Below are positions 39,396 to 49,338 of a stretch of DNA of 64,000 bases, in pieces. The notes below the pieces were generated by a model, which was not told the origin of the DNA, made no database searches, and saw only the letters and a list, made by a program, of their open reading frames with translations. The stretch lies in the IMG/VR virus record IMGVR_UViG_3300035684_000001, positions 1-64,000 of that record; one strand, written 5' to 3'. Position 1 is the first letter of the stretch. Each line of letters opens with the position of its first letter. The stretch is from a virus. A program made the position numbers and the translations under genes.

Positions 39396-39670
39396 TTAAA
39401 TTGAGTCGCGCCAAATGTCTAATTTTTCTCTAATTTATCCCAATGCACACAATCCAATACTTTTCATTTGCAGTATTTCGTCATCACTGAGCGCAGCAAG
39501 TTTTTCTACAAAGTTTATTCCCGCTCTTTTACAAATATTGTAGACACGCACTGATAGACTGATAGATTTAAAACCACCAATGGTGTTCCTTGTTCTTAGA
39601 TCGCGCCGTGGATGGATTCAAAATGGGCGATCGCTGCCTGCAATTTTACATCAATTTGTTTGATGTTCAT
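39396..39670 (-). pseudogene. RNA polymerase alpha-CTD-like gene, disrupted
   Basis: Removing an 8-bp tandem duplication gives TPLVVLNLSVRVYNICKRAGINFVEKLAALSDDEILQMKSIGLCALG*IREKL; two in-frame TAA codons. Confidence 0.7.
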
Positions 39671-39857
39671 TATTTATCTCCGTAGATGTATTTTTTGTGA
39701 GTGATTGACGATACTTTGATAGTTGAAGAAGCAAGTTTTTATGTAGATTATTTCGATCTTCTATCTCCTTAAGATACCGTGAAAAATCGTCACAAATTCT
39801 TGAGATATTGGCAAGAGCTTTCATTGTTTTTGCTTTATTAATTTGTTCGCTGTTCAT
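39651..39857 (-). CDS. hypothetical protein
   Basis: 68-aa ORF. Confidence 0.45.
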   Translation of the reverse strand: MNSEQINKAKTMKALANISRICDDFSRYLKEIEDRNNLHKNLLLQLSKYRQSLTKNTSTEINNEHQTN

Positions 39858-40009
39858 AGTTTATCTCGGTAGGTGTATTTTTGCTTGTGTCCTTGTCCGC
39901 GTTTCCTGCTTAACTTTTTCTGGATAGTCTCCAGCGAATCCCCTTCCTTGTAAACGCCATCTTTGATAGCCAAATTTTTTAGAATTTGGGCGATCGTCTC
40001 ATCCATATT

Positions 40010-41179
40010 TTAAACCTCCATTATTTTGGTTGAGTGTTCCCGCAATAGTGCTGCGATGCGACAGGCTTCTGGGCGATCGACATTCAGGTAATCACAAAAG
40101 CGAGTCTCTGTAATTAGTCCCCGATCCAGCGCCTCGATCGCCAGACATTGATAGTGGAGGGGGAACGTTTCAGTGCGTCGCGGAACCGTCTTTGCACTAA
40201 ACTCCTGCTGTACCTTTTTTAATTTCAGCCCGCGATCGCGCAGTTTTTCCCAAGTTCCAGTCCGCACAAGCTCCATTTCCTCTAGCTGACAAGCAAGCAC
40301 TTTTGCGGAAACGCCGTAGTAATGAGCTAGCGTGAATAGATGGGTCGGAGTAAACTTGCCATGCGCGCGGCACATATCGTTGAACCGCTTGAGCAAGCCA
40401 CTTGTGGGAATGAGGAAATATTTAGCAAATGATTCGACCGATCGCTCGCTCTCTGGAGTTCGCTGATATTTCCCCTCAAAATCCAACACAGCTTTTCGCC
40501 GATCTGTTAGGAAGCGAAAGTATTGACGGGCGATCGACCAGCGCTGTCGTTCTTCCGAATGATTAACATTGATTGCCATGCAACCGCCAAGTCGCTCGTC
40601 GTAGGTGTAAATCCCTGAGTATTTGGGTGGTAGATCTAGATAGAAAATGCGAAGCCCCACATCCTGCGCTAGAATTTCGTGCAGTCGTGAAACCGGACTG
40701 TCACCAAGCCCAAGTTGCTGACGTTCTGAAATCGCTATGCTTTCCGCCGCAACCTTAATAGGTAAATTTGTCACATCCTGTTCGGAAGGATAGTTCTGGG
40801 GAAGCGACGCAGACACAATCTCTTCAAGCTCTAGGTAGTTCCGGCACAAGTCCTCTAAACGCAAAACGGATGATTTGATCTGTACTTCTTCCCCCTCGTT
40901 GCACCGATAAGCTACCTGAAAATGTATCTCGAAAGGTTGAACAACCGGGTGATCGCACACAAATTCATTGACCGATCGCCCGTAGAGACAAGCAAGTTGA
41001 TTTAATTCCGCTGCTTTGACGGGGCGCTCTCCTTTCTCGATCGCCACTATCGTAGTACGTGCAACATAAATGGCTTTAGCAACATCAGATTGCTTCATAC
41101 CGCATTTTTGACGTGCTTGCCGGAGAAGCTCTCCCAGTTCCTGCGGGTTGGTGTTATCGAGGACTATCGTAGCAGTCAT
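40010..41179 (-). CDS. XRE HTH plus ImmA/IrrE-family metallopeptidase domain; HExxH degenerate
   Basis: LRQARQKCGMKQSDVA; INVNHSEERQRWSIARQYFRFL where the family has AHEYxH. Confidence 0.8.
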   Translation of the reverse strand: MTATIVLDNTNPQELGELLRQARQKCGMKQSDVAKAIYVARTTIVAIEKGERPVKAAELNQLACLYGRSVNEFVCDHPVVQPFEIHFQVAYRCNEGEEVQIKSSVLRLEDLCRNYLELEEIVSASLPQNYPSEQDVTNLPIKVAAESIAISERQQLGLGDSPVSRLHEILAQDVGLRIFYLDLPPKYSGIYTYDERLGGCMAINVNHSEERQRWSIARQYFRFLTDRRKAVLDFEGKYQRTPESERSVESFAKYFLIPTSGLLKRFNDMCRAHGKFTPTHLFTLAHYYGVSAKVLACQLEEMELVRTGTWEKLRDRGLKLKKVQQEFSAKTVPRRTETFPLHYQCLAIEALDRGLITETRFCDYLNVDRPEACRIAALLREHSTKIMEV

Positions 41180-41188
41180 AAATTTTCC

Positions 41189-41458
41189 TCAACTTATTTT
41201 TTCAAAACAATCAGTTAGTATCTCGATAGCTTCTCGTTTTGCCGCATTATCGCCAGATTTAGAACGTCGCAAAAGTTCTCGAAATCTTTCTTGGGGTGAA
41301 CTGTAAAAACCTTTACTGACCTGCTGCTCAAAAAGATAAAGCGCTGTTTCGTAGTTTGCCCGATCGCCCCCCATTGTATGCAACCAGATAGCACTAGCTT
41401 TTGCTACGGGGGTTCCGGGTTGAAAGACAATCTCCTCGACTTCTTTTAATAATGACAT
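41189..41458 (-). CDS. hypothetical protein
   Basis: 89 aa; part of a coupled minus-strand run. Confidence 0.5.
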   Translation of the reverse strand: MSLLKEVEEIVFQPGTPVAKASAIWLHTMGGDRANYETALYLFEQQVSKGFYSSPQERFRELLRRSKSGDNAAKREAIEILTDCFEKIS

Positions 41459-41877
41459 TGTTCTTCCTCTTTACAGCAATATTCAAGCTCATCCCAATCT
41501 AGGTATTCAGGATGATTTAGCTCAGCTTTTTGAGCAATCCACACAATGTGATTTATTAAGGCAGTCTCCCTTTTTGAGAGTGGAAACTTTACTTTGCCAG
41601 AAAATCCAGCAACTGTCTCTAATTTTTGGAGGCATTCAATTGCGGGTTGCGCGATCGAAAAGGTCGTGACGTGCCTGCCTGTCTCCTTGTGCAAAATCTG
41701 ATAGGCTTCGCAATCTTCAAATATTTCATTGCGGGGGCGGATGACGATTGCAAAATTTTCAAGGGCGATCGCGGGAAAATGTAAAATTCTGTCTTTATGT
41801 GCAACAAGTTGTTGTTCGATGTACGTCATGTTTTTGTAGTGCTTGTGTTTAGGTGTGAACAATGACGGAAAGACCAA
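41446..41877 (-). CDS. hypothetical protein
   Basis: Probable ATG at MTYIEQ. Confidence 0.5.
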   Translation of the reverse strand: MVFPSLFTPKHKHYKNMTYIEQQLVAHKDRILHFPAIALENFAIVIRPRNEIFEDCEAYQILHKETGRHVTTFSIAQPAIECLQKLETVAGFSGKVKFPLSKRETALINHIVWIAQKAELNHPEYLDWDELEYCCKEEEQCHY

Positions 41878-42250
41878 AAGACTTTAGATTGTCAGCTACT
41901 TCGTTAGCAAGAACAATAATTTTATTTCGGTCTTCACCTACGAGTATATGACCTGATACCAAAAATAGGTTTCCATACCTAGGCGGTAGATTTTCCTCAA
42001 AGATAGTACCAGCACTGTATTTTAGAGTAGCAGAACTACCTGCATTTGCTTTTACTCTTTCAGATACTTCTTCGGAATGAAGGTGTAAAGGCAATGCACA
42101 TTTGTTTTTGAGGATCAAAAGTATCGATCGCGCCAACTTATAACTCTCTTGAGTTGTGGTTATATAGAAAGCCCTCGAATTAATATTAGAAATGTGAACG
42201 TCTGCGTGTTTTAAAAACATCTTTTCACTTGTAGATAGTTTTTGATTCAA
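41849..42250 (-). CDS. hypothetical protein
   Basis: 133-aa ORF. Confidence 0.5.
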   Translation of the reverse strand: MNQKLSTSEKMFLKHADVHISNINSRAFYITTTQESYKLARSILLILKNKCALPLHLHSEEVSERVKANAGSSATLKYSAGTIFEENLPPRYGNLFLVSGHILVGEDRNKIIVLANEVADNLKSFGLSVIVHT

Positions 42251-42749
42251 GAACTTCGCAAATTACTTTCTCGACACAACCTAATTGATTGGGGTGGGTC
42301 ATCGCGGTTTGATTGATATTTACTATCGGGCGATCGTCTATAAAGTTTTCGATCTGGCGCATACCCCAGTTGAACAACATTTCCTCACCTTGTTCTAGTT
42401 GAAATTCTTCACGTTCTTGTTTCCAGAAATTGATCAAGTGATCTAAGAGCAAAAATCGAGAACCTCTTTTGGCTGCGTCTTGCAATTCCCACTTGATTTT
42501 GGCTAACCTTCGATCTACTTGGGAGATTTGAATTTCAAACTGTTGGTGGTAATGACTGCCATGCCAAAAACCAAGAATAATATCAGACTCAATGACGCTC
42601 CCAGTTACCTCTATTGACTGAAATACATTCGATGATAGACAATTCCATTCTGGATTTTTGATAAAATACCGCAAAGAGTCTAAATCCGGTGGGTAAATTG
42701 GTGAACAGTAATCCCTGATATAGAGTTCAATTAATCTATCTTGTTGCAT
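42225..42749 (-). CDS. hypothetical protein
   Basis: 174-aa ORF. Confidence 0.55.
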   Translation of the reverse strand: MQQDRLIELYIRDYCSPIYPPDLDSLRYFIKNPEWNCLSSNVFQSIEVTGSVIESDIILGFWHGSHYHQQFEIQISQVDRRLAKIKWELQDAAKRGSRFLLLDHLINFWKQEREEFQLEQGEEMLFNWGMRQIENFIDDRPIVNINQTAMTHPNQLGCVEKVICEVLESKTIYK

Positions 42750-43207
42750 TTTAAACTCTCCTGTTTCGAGTTTTTAACGTGAGCATTCCAGGCAGCGATA
42801 GTTTCCTTTATAGGTAAAGATGTATCACGGTAAGTAGAATCGTAATAAACAGGAGTTCCAGTTTCTTTTGAGAAATGAACCTCACGCCCCCCAATTTCTT
42901 TTAAAGTTATCCTCTTTTTTGTTATTTTACTAACAACCAAAATTTTGTCTGCTCTAAGAGACATCGTAGGAGGCTTTATCCAGATTGGTCGAAGACAAGC
43001 TTCATCTTTTTCGTGAGACTCAGTTTTTTCGATCTCATCAATTTTACTTCTAATTAGTCCATAACAAAATCTATCTCCATCAAGATCTTTTTTTAATTTG
43101 CTTACCACAGCTATCCTTTGTTCAAGTTCTTTTTCTTCCCTTGCTAAAGATTCGCGCTGTTTTTCCAATTCTTCTAGCTCACGTTTTAACTCTGTTGATG
43201 TTTTCAT
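42731..43207 (-). CDS. coiled-coil hypothetical protein
   Basis: ATG 43207 (MKTSTELK). Confidence 0.55.
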   Translation of the reverse strand: MKTSTELKRELEELEKQRESLAREEKELEQRIAVVSKLKKDLDGDRFCYGLIRSKIDEIEKTESHEKDEACLRPIWIKPPTMSLRADKILVVSKITKKRITLKEIGGREVHFSKETGTPVYYDSTYRDTSLPIKETIAAWNAHVKNSKQESLKCNKID

Positions 43208-43299
43208 TGTTTTGTGTGTGTTTAATGGCAATTGAGTTGTATTTATTAGTACACAGCCCCGCAAATCTCAGAAAAAACTACTTATAGTTTAATCAGTTT

Positions 43300-43503
43300 T
43301 TACTCGTAATTTTTTACACACCAATCATAGATATTTTCCATGCCTTTAGCAAGCAAAGGATTGTCAGTCATAACTATCGCAACCCACATAGCACTCAGTC
43401 TCTCATCTTTTTCTTGTTTAGTTAAATTATTCCAAGTAAGTTTCGTGCCTACTATAACTAAAGGAAGTTGTAGTAATCGTTTGAATTCATTATAATTAGG
43501 CAT
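43300..43503 (-). CDS. hypothetical protein
   Basis: ATG overlaps the stop of the dam 3' fragment. Confidence 0.5.
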   Translation of the reverse strand: MPNYNEFKRLLQLPLVIVGTKLTWNNLTKQEKDERLSAMWVAIVMTDNPLLAKGMENIYDWCVKNYE

Positions 43504-43651
43504 TATCTTCTTCCTTTTTTGTGTTTTTAGTTGCCAAAATTTCGATCGCCCCTTTCTTCCTTCCCCTTTGCAGTTAATAGCTCTAGTTTTGTGGAAGGTA
43601 GTAATTTGGAATCCTAGGTCAGAGTAAAGTTCGATGACGCGATCGGTCGCA
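43496..43651 (-). pseudogene. 3' fragment of a D12-class (Dam-like) adenine MTase
   Basis: ATDRVIELYSDLGFQITTFHKTRAINCKGEGRKGAIEILATKN. Confidence 0.65.
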
Positions 43652-43659
43652 CGATCTCA

Positions 43660-44397
43660 TTACATCTGAGCGGGTTTGTCAGTACCTAACAACCTCTGCA
43701 AATCTTCTAGCGTTCGTCGTTTCCCAGAAGGATTCGCCCATTTATTGATTCGATGAGGGATTTCCCTTTTGACTTGTTCAACCGTAGGGCTTTCATCTGG
43801 GTTTTTGTAAAATAGCGGAATTTCTGCTTTCGATAGCGACAGAATCTCTGTTAATCCGCTATTATTTGACTTTTGCCAGCAATAGATATTCGTTGGACAC
43901 ATATCTGTAGCCCATTCTCCTTTAGCTGATTTTGTGTAACAGAATCTGGGGACGTTGATTATTAGCGTTGGTGGATGACGCTTGAGAAAGTCGGCGCGAT
44001 CGTCGCAGACCTCAAGCCAGTTCAACCGGAGAATCATAGCAATACCAACCTTTGCGTGGGAATATGCGTTTTGGACAATTGGTGCGGCAAGTTTGCCATA
44101 CGGCGGATTGCTAAAAATCCAGTCAGCTTCCGGCAAAGTTTCCCAGTGTTGCGCTTTGGTTGCATCGCCGTGATAGTCGGCAGGCTTGTTTGAATCGATA
44201 TCGTTGAGCCAAATACTGAAGCCAGCCTCTTTCATGATTGTGGCGATCGCGCCATGTCCCGCGCAAGGCTCCCCGATCGTGCCAGAAAAAGGAATGTGAG
44301 CTAGTCCTAAAAGTGTCAACCATGCAGGAGTCTCGTAAAAGTCAAACTCATGTCTAGTCGATCTTAAATTATCTGTTTTGTTGTTTAGTGCGTACAT
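43660..44397 (-). CDS. phage-type N6-adenine DNA methyltransferase
   Basis: DFYETP; EPCAGHGAI; WIFSNPPY; true start likely MYALNN at 44397. Confidence 0.8.
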   Translation of the reverse strand: MYALNNKTDNLRSTRHEFDFYETPAWLTLLGLAHIPFSGTIGEPCAGHGAIATIMKEAGFSIWLNDIDSNKPADYHGDATKAQHWETLPEADWIFSNPPYGKLAAPIVQNAYSHAKVGIAMILRLNWLEVCDDRADFLKRHPPTLIINVPRFCYTKSAKGEWATDMCPTNIYCWQKSNNSGLTEILSLSKAEIPLFYKNPDESPTVEQVKREIPHRINKWANPSGKRRTLEDLQRLLGTDKPAQM

Positions 44398-44435
44398 GAT
44401 GAAGTATGTGGCTCCTAGTACAGATTGACAAGCGG

Positions 44436-44603
44436 TTAGGATAGTTTTGGGGCAATCGCCATTACATCCCCCAGACCGCCGACAAACAATGAAACATATC
44501 TGAGTCGGTGATCGTAGTGTTCTGCTATTAATGGGGCGACCAGGGTTTTTCCTCCAAGCCATTTGACTAATGGTGGTAGTCGCTTGATTGTTGTTTTTGA
44601 CAT
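44436..44603 (-). pseudogene. 5' fragment of a D12-class (Dam-like) adenine MTase
   Basis: LPPLVKWLGGKT...RYVSLFVGG, then an abrupt stop. Confidence 0.75.
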
Positions 44604-44682
44604 TGCCTTGAATTGCCGGAGGCGACCCGGCAATGCGCCCAAAAATTATTTTGAGTTCTCAACAAAAGCCGTTATTAACTTT

Positions 44683-45927
44683 TTAGAAAGTGTCGGGTTC
44701 TGACTCGGTTTCTCCGGTTTCAACTTCAACTGCTGCAACATTTTGAACTTCCTCTTCTTCGTATTGGTAATTTTCAACTTGTTCCTCAACTTTTTCTAGA
44801 GCGTTTAGACAGTTGAGAAAATCCTGAAGATTGGTGATCGACAACTTGTCTGCAACGCCTGTGCCTTCTGGGCTGGTGACACCGTAGCGTCGAAACGCCA
44901 TCTCGCGAGCCCATTCAGACTCTTTCCCCGTTTCCTTGAGTCGCTTCCCCAGTTCCCGCATCAATTCTCGTTTTAGGGATTGATCTTCATCGGGAACTGG
45001 AGTCAATGCTCGCACACCTGCATCAGCACTTTTCAGTAAAGAACCATCCCCAAAACCAAGTTGGTGCAATACTGCTTGCGGAAGTTGAACCCCGCGTTCT
45101 TTGGCTTGCACGTACTGCTGCCACAAGAGGAACCGTTGATACCATAGCGGTTCCACCGTTAAAGTTATAGGCCAGTCTGGAGTTTCGTTGGTAGTGCCTG
45201 TTCGTTTTTTGGAATTTTTATCGAAATTGGGGGCTTTACGTTTTCCGCTCAATCTCTTCAAAGTGAACGGAATTTTACCAAAAGTTTCAGGCCAAGGAAA
45301 TGGGGATAGACTTAGCGAACCAAATTCTCTGTAGTAGTTGAGCAGTTGTTTGGCGATCGAGAACACCTCTCCGGAATGTACTGTAGTCAAACTAGCTAAC
45401 TGGTATGGCTCGATCGCCTGCATTTCCTGTAAGTAAAAATACAGCGTTCCCATACCTTTGCAGCTTTTAGGACATTCTGGAAACTCTTCACCATCTTGTG
45501 CAAACTTGGCACAAGGAATTTCTTCCCTAGCTTCGACAACTTTTCGATAATCACCTTTTTGTGTAGTTACTTTTATGCAGTGCTTGAGAATGTTCCTGCC
45601 GTCGCAAACAATTTCAAGACCGCTCAGTGAGTAAGCTTTGTTAAAGTTTGGGAATGTATGATCGGGTTTAGAGTATGCCAAAAAAATGGGTATTTCTTCG
45701 TGATACGAATCTTTCTCGTAATTGATTTTTTCCCGCAACCACGGTGTGTCTATATGAAGTCTGAGCTTTTCTTTTAAATTAGCCCCTGGTCTATCGTCTT
45801 GCTTGATATCTCCTTTAAACACCTGAATAGCTGTTTTGACTTCCCGTACTTCTAATGAGTCCAAATCGGTCTTTCCAAAGATCGGCATTGCTTTTTTCCT
45901 GTGTTGAGTGTTGAATGTTGTTGACAA
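44683..45927 (-). CDS. Gp3-like recombination directionality factor-like protein
   Basis: IQVFKG; EIPIFL; LEIVCDG; C...CK.MGTLYF; LTTVHS; KIPFTLKR; acidic tail. Confidence 0.65.
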   Translation of the reverse strand: MSTTFNTQHRKKAMPIFGKTDLDSLEVREVKTAIQVFKGDIKQDDRPGANLKEKLRLHIDTPWLREKINYEKDSYHEEIPIFLAYSKPDHTFPNFNKAYSLSGLEIVCDGRNILKHCIKVTTQKGDYRKVVEAREEIPCAKFAQDGEEFPECPKSCKGMGTLYFYLQEMQAIEPYQLASLTTVHSGEVFSIAKQLLNYYREFGSLSLSPFPWPETFGKIPFTLKRLSGKRKAPNFDKNSKKRTGTTNETPDWPITLTVEPLWYQRFLLWQQYVQAKERGVQLPQAVLHQLGFGDGSLLKSADAGVRALTPVPDEDQSLKRELMRELGKRLKETGKESEWAREMAFRRYGVTSPEGTGVADKLSITNLQDFLNCLNALEKVEEQVENYQYEEEEVQNVAAVEVETGETESEPDTF

Positions 45928-45966
45928 GCGTTCCAGAATTAAGTTTCTTCTGGAATGCAGGACAAA

Positions 45967-47058
45967 TTAGGACAGATCGTCTGTTACAGAAGCACTTCCA
46001 CTGGCGATCGCCTCAACAGCCAACCTAATTTCAAGACAAGGCACTCGCCCTAGCTCGATAGACTGTGTTCGATGCACCACCAAGTCTGGAATTTCGCTGG
46101 GAGATTTAGGAAGGTGTTCCGGGGACACGATGTGAATGTCATCTTCTGTAAGCTCGTCCAAGGGACAGTCTTTTAGCCCAGACTTGTAATCTAGGACTTG
46201 CTCTTCAGTCCAATTGAGTTCATGCAGTGTGATCTCTGAAGCGATCGCCACCTCAAATTCGCGACAAATAGCTACCATGAGCTCGGCTGGTACATCTTCC
46301 GATTTCGTTACAGTGAAAAGCTCGATCGCGCTTGGTGTAACTTTCAACTTTCGAGAGTTAATACTGTTCGTCGGGGTTAACAGGTGGAAGTAACCGTCGC
46401 CGTCCGGGCGATCGGACAGTGACCAACCAAACTCAGTATCTGAGCTACAGCAACCACCTTTTGTCCAGATGATTTTGTACAGGTTTAAAGTTGCGTGATC
46501 GGGCCAAGTCCAAATAGAGTGCTTGTAATTCGCGATGTCGTTTTCAGTTTTTTGTGCTGCAACTTTAAGATCGGAATTGTATCGGTCTGAATTTGCTGCC
46601 CAAAAACGATATTTCTGGTATTGTTCGATAATCTCACCGATGAGAGCGAACAAGTAATGGCAAAGGTTGTCTCTGTCGATCCATTTCCTTTCTGCATAAC
46701 CGAAGTAGCCACCTACGACGCTGACGCCAACAGTGCACTTGCCACCGCAAAGATTTTCTGGAGCTGCTAATGTAATGACCGTGTGAGCTACCCTAAAACT
46801 GTAAAGCCACAGTCCAGAATCACTCTCAACAACTGGAATTTCTGTTGATAAATCCAATCGACGCAGGATAGCGCAGGTGTATTTGTCCAAAAAATCCAAA
46901 AAGGCTTGCTTGCTTTCTTCAATATGCTTGAACTCAAGAGCTTTTTTCTCTAAACGTTGGCGATCGAATTCTTCGAGTTGGCGATCGCGCATCTTTTTGG
47001 CTTCTTCCAACAAGGAATATTGGATACCGGGGATTGAAGCTGTGTTTTCGATTGTCAT
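45967..47058 (-). CDS. hypothetical protein
   Basis: 363-aa ORF. Confidence 0.7.
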   Translation of the reverse strand: MTIENTASIPGIQYSLLEEAKKMRDRQLEEFDRQRLEKKALEFKHIEESKQAFLDFLDKYTCAILRRLDLSTEIPVVESDSGLWLYSFRVAHTVITLAAPENLCGGKCTVGVSVVGGYFGYAERKWIDRDNLCHYLFALIGEIIEQYQKYRFWAANSDRYNSDLKVAAQKTENDIANYKHSIWTWPDHATLNLYKIIWTKGGCCSSDTEFGWSLSDRPDGDGYFHLLTPTNSINSRKLKVTPSAIELFTVTKSEDVPAELMVAICREFEVAIASEITLHELNWTEEQVLDYKSGLKDCPLDELTEDDIHIVSPEHLPKSPSEIPDLVVHRTQSIELGRVPCLEIRLAVEAIASGSASVTDDLS

Positions 47059-47140
47059 TGTTTTGTGTTGTTGATAAGTGAGTTATCCGCCCTTTTAGCT
47101 CCTGCAAACACTGAGCAAAACGGTTTGACGGTTTGTTCTT

Positions 47141-47407
47141 TTAGATACCCCAACAGCCTAGGGGTTTGTTAACGGGATGATATTTATCTTTTTGATCTGA
47201 CAAGTAATCTACGGTACATACCGGAAACCACTTGTAATTATGTCTCCAAGGAGAAGGGCGATGCCCTGTGTTAGCTGGTGGTACAACCCATCCAATTACA
47301 GCATTATTTTGTTCGACTGTCAGCAGATCAGGGATTAAAATTGTGTTTTTGGCTGTCATTGTTTTGCAAAGTTGTAGTTTGGTTATTCGATTGCCTAAAA
47401 CAAACAA
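47141..47407 (-). CDS. hypothetical protein
   Basis: ORF; start probably MTAKN. Confidence 0.35.
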   Translation of the reverse strand: MFVLGNRITKLQLCKTMTAKNTILIPDLLTVEQNNAVIGWVVPPANTGHRPSPWRHNYKWFPVCTVDYLSDQKDKYHPVNKPLGCWGI

Positions 47408-47592
47408 AGCTGACCGTTGGAAGCTATCTTGTATTGAACGGTATTTTGGCGCAGTTTAGCTTCTTTATCGAGCAGTTCGCCGCAGCACCGTCGGATTAAC
47501 TTTCTGGAATAGCTAAAACGGATTATTAATCTGTTCAGCACAGCAATTCTCTGCTTGAGTTTTGCAATTTGCTTGGGAGTCATTTTTGTCAC
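47395..47592 (-). CDS. small basic hypothetical protein
   Basis: Ends GQLCLF; coupled to the upstream gene. Confidence 0.5.
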   Translation of the reverse strand: MTKMTPKQIAKLKQRIAVLNRLIIRFSYSRKLIRRCCGELLDKEAKLRQNTVQYKIASNGQLCLF

Positions 47593-48527
47593 CCCGCGAC
47601 AGAAGCTACCCGATCACCCGCGCCGACCTTAACACTCTTCATTTCTAAATACTTGAGTGCCATCGATCTGGTCAAGAACTTGTGTCCTCTGGCTTGCCCG
47701 TAACGCCACACCCACCACCAGCCATCGCACGACTGATGGATTCGTCCAAAGCGGCATAGTTCACCTATTTTACTTAAAGGATCGAACCTCTTGCCCGCTT
47801 CCACCGCCTGCCGGATTACCGTGTGGTGGTAGTTGCGGTGAGCGCGCTCGGAAGCACAAAAGTTTTTTGTACCCGATTGAAGCACGACATAGATGCAGTC
47901 GCCTTCGATAAAGAAAGGGCGACTTTTTTCTTCTCGACCCAATATCTCCCCTTGAAAAGGGGTTTTCCAGGTTATTGTCTCGCGATCCACACATTCAGTG
48001 CGGACGGGGCGATCAAGTAACTTTTTGGGGTTCAGGATGTCATCTTTCAAACTGGCGATCGCCTCCTCAATTTGGTCTAAACTCCAAACTTCTTCTACTG
48101 GTTTTACTAACGGTGCCGGTGCAGGCAAATACCATTCTTCTACTTGACTGCCAGCAGGGGTGCGGACTACCAAACGAATACGCCCGTCGTCCATTAATGT
48201 TTTGCCTGCAACCACCCACAGGGGGTGATATGGCATTCCGATGTACTCGCCGATCGCCACTTCTGAACTTACCTTATCCCATATCTTTGGGAGAGTTGAC
48301 AATGCAGGAGAGGTGGCGGGTTCGTTTTCTTGCTCTAGTTGCGAGGCGATCGGTTGAGGGGCGATCGGTTCTTCAACCTTCTGGGGTTGTACCTCTAGAA
48401 TCCGGTTCTCGTAATCTCGACGGGTGCGAGAATCGGCCGTTGCCTTCAAACCCAGAGAAGCGTGAAGCTTGCGAATTTCGTCCCAAGAAAGGGCGCTTAG
48501 AGTTTCTCGCGTGTGTACTGTTATCAT
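47589..48527 (-). CDS. hypothetical protein with a SAP/Rho-N-like N-terminal helix
   Basis: ETLSALSWDEIRKLHASLGLKAT. Confidence 0.6.
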   Translation of the reverse strand: MITVHTRETLSALSWDEIRKLHASLGLKATADSRTRRDYENRILEVQPQKVEEPIAPQPIASQLEQENEPATSPALSTLPKIWDKVSSEVAIGEYIGMPYHPLWVVAGKTLMDDGRIRLVVRTPAGSQVEEWYLPAPAPLVKPVEEVWSLDQIEEAIASLKDDILNPKKLLDRPVRTECVDRETITWKTPFQGEILGREEKSRPFFIEGDCIYVVLQSGTKNFCASERAHRNYHHTVIRQAVEAGKRFDPLSKIGELCRFGRIHQSCDGWWWVWRYGQARGHKFLTRSMALKYLEMKSVKVGAGDRVASVAG

Positions 48528-48613
48528 TGTTAGGAAGTTTTATTTACCTTTGGGCGTTCTTGGCGGAGCGCTTTTTCGTGTGACTTCATTATGCAAGGTA
48601 TACTTTACATCTG

Positions 48614-48880
48614 TCAAGCCTTTTCCGAATTTTTATTTTTGCGGGTACTGAATGCCAGTACGAACTCAGCAAATGTACACTCAAGAAGATCGATAACCGC
48701 AAACATCTCGGCGGGGGTAAAAGTCGGAATCTCCCGATTGTTAGCCCACGCTGAAACCGACTGCCTGCTTAACGATCGCCCAGATATATCAGCCCAAGCT
48801 TTCTGGGTTAGCTCCGTAAAGCGTTGCTGAGTTAGTCGCCTGCGCTTAAGGATTTTTTTAAAATTGAGATTTTCTTCCAC
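48614..48880 (-). CDS. XRE/Cro-like HTH regulator
   Basis: LKRRRLTQQRF...SRQSVSAWANNREIP...LLECTFAEF. Confidence 0.7.
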   Translation of the reverse strand: MEENLNFKKILKRRRLTQQRFTELTQKAWADISGRSLSRQSVSAWANNREIPTFTPAEMFAVIDLLECTFAEFVLAFSTRKNKNSEKA

Positions 48881-49007
48881 TGGTTTTTTGGTGTAATGTG
48901 TGCTTTACTAAAATAACACAAGCGATCGCGCCCAATGTCGATACTTCAGAAAAAACCATCAGGTCGATCTGAAAGTTTCGAGTGATCGCCCACAAAGGAG
49001 ATTCAAC

Positions 49008-49284
49008 AATGCCTACCGACAGACTCAACCGTTTAATACTCAACATCAACAGACTGACCGAAGTCGAGATCGTACCGACCAACGACGACGAGGGTTGGTA
49101 CTGGGAGTGGCGGTGTGCTCATGGCGAAGTGTTCAAAAGTGAAGATCTGGCGCTGATCGACTGGATTCAACGCATTTGCAAAGATTACGAGAACTTGCTA
49201 GTAGAGGTTAACGATGACGATAGTGATGATGAAGTTGAAGATTCTCAGCCCATGACAACGATGAGACTTTTTTGCCCGGAGTGA
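49008..49284 (+). CDS. acidic hypothetical protein
   Basis: SD AGGAG before ATG 49008; divergent from the XRE gene. Confidence 0.55.
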
Positions 49285-49338
49285 CCACAAGATAAGTTAA
49301 TAAGTAAATCACACCGCTCACCCACAACTTACAACAAA

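Noticed and set aside
30364-39598. TAA stop-codon reassignment (in-frame TAAs in the Uma2 and alpha-CTD genes)
   Set aside because: Many intact genes end in TAA, no UUA-anticodon tRNA is seen, and one of the genes also has a frameshift; pseudogenisation is simpler
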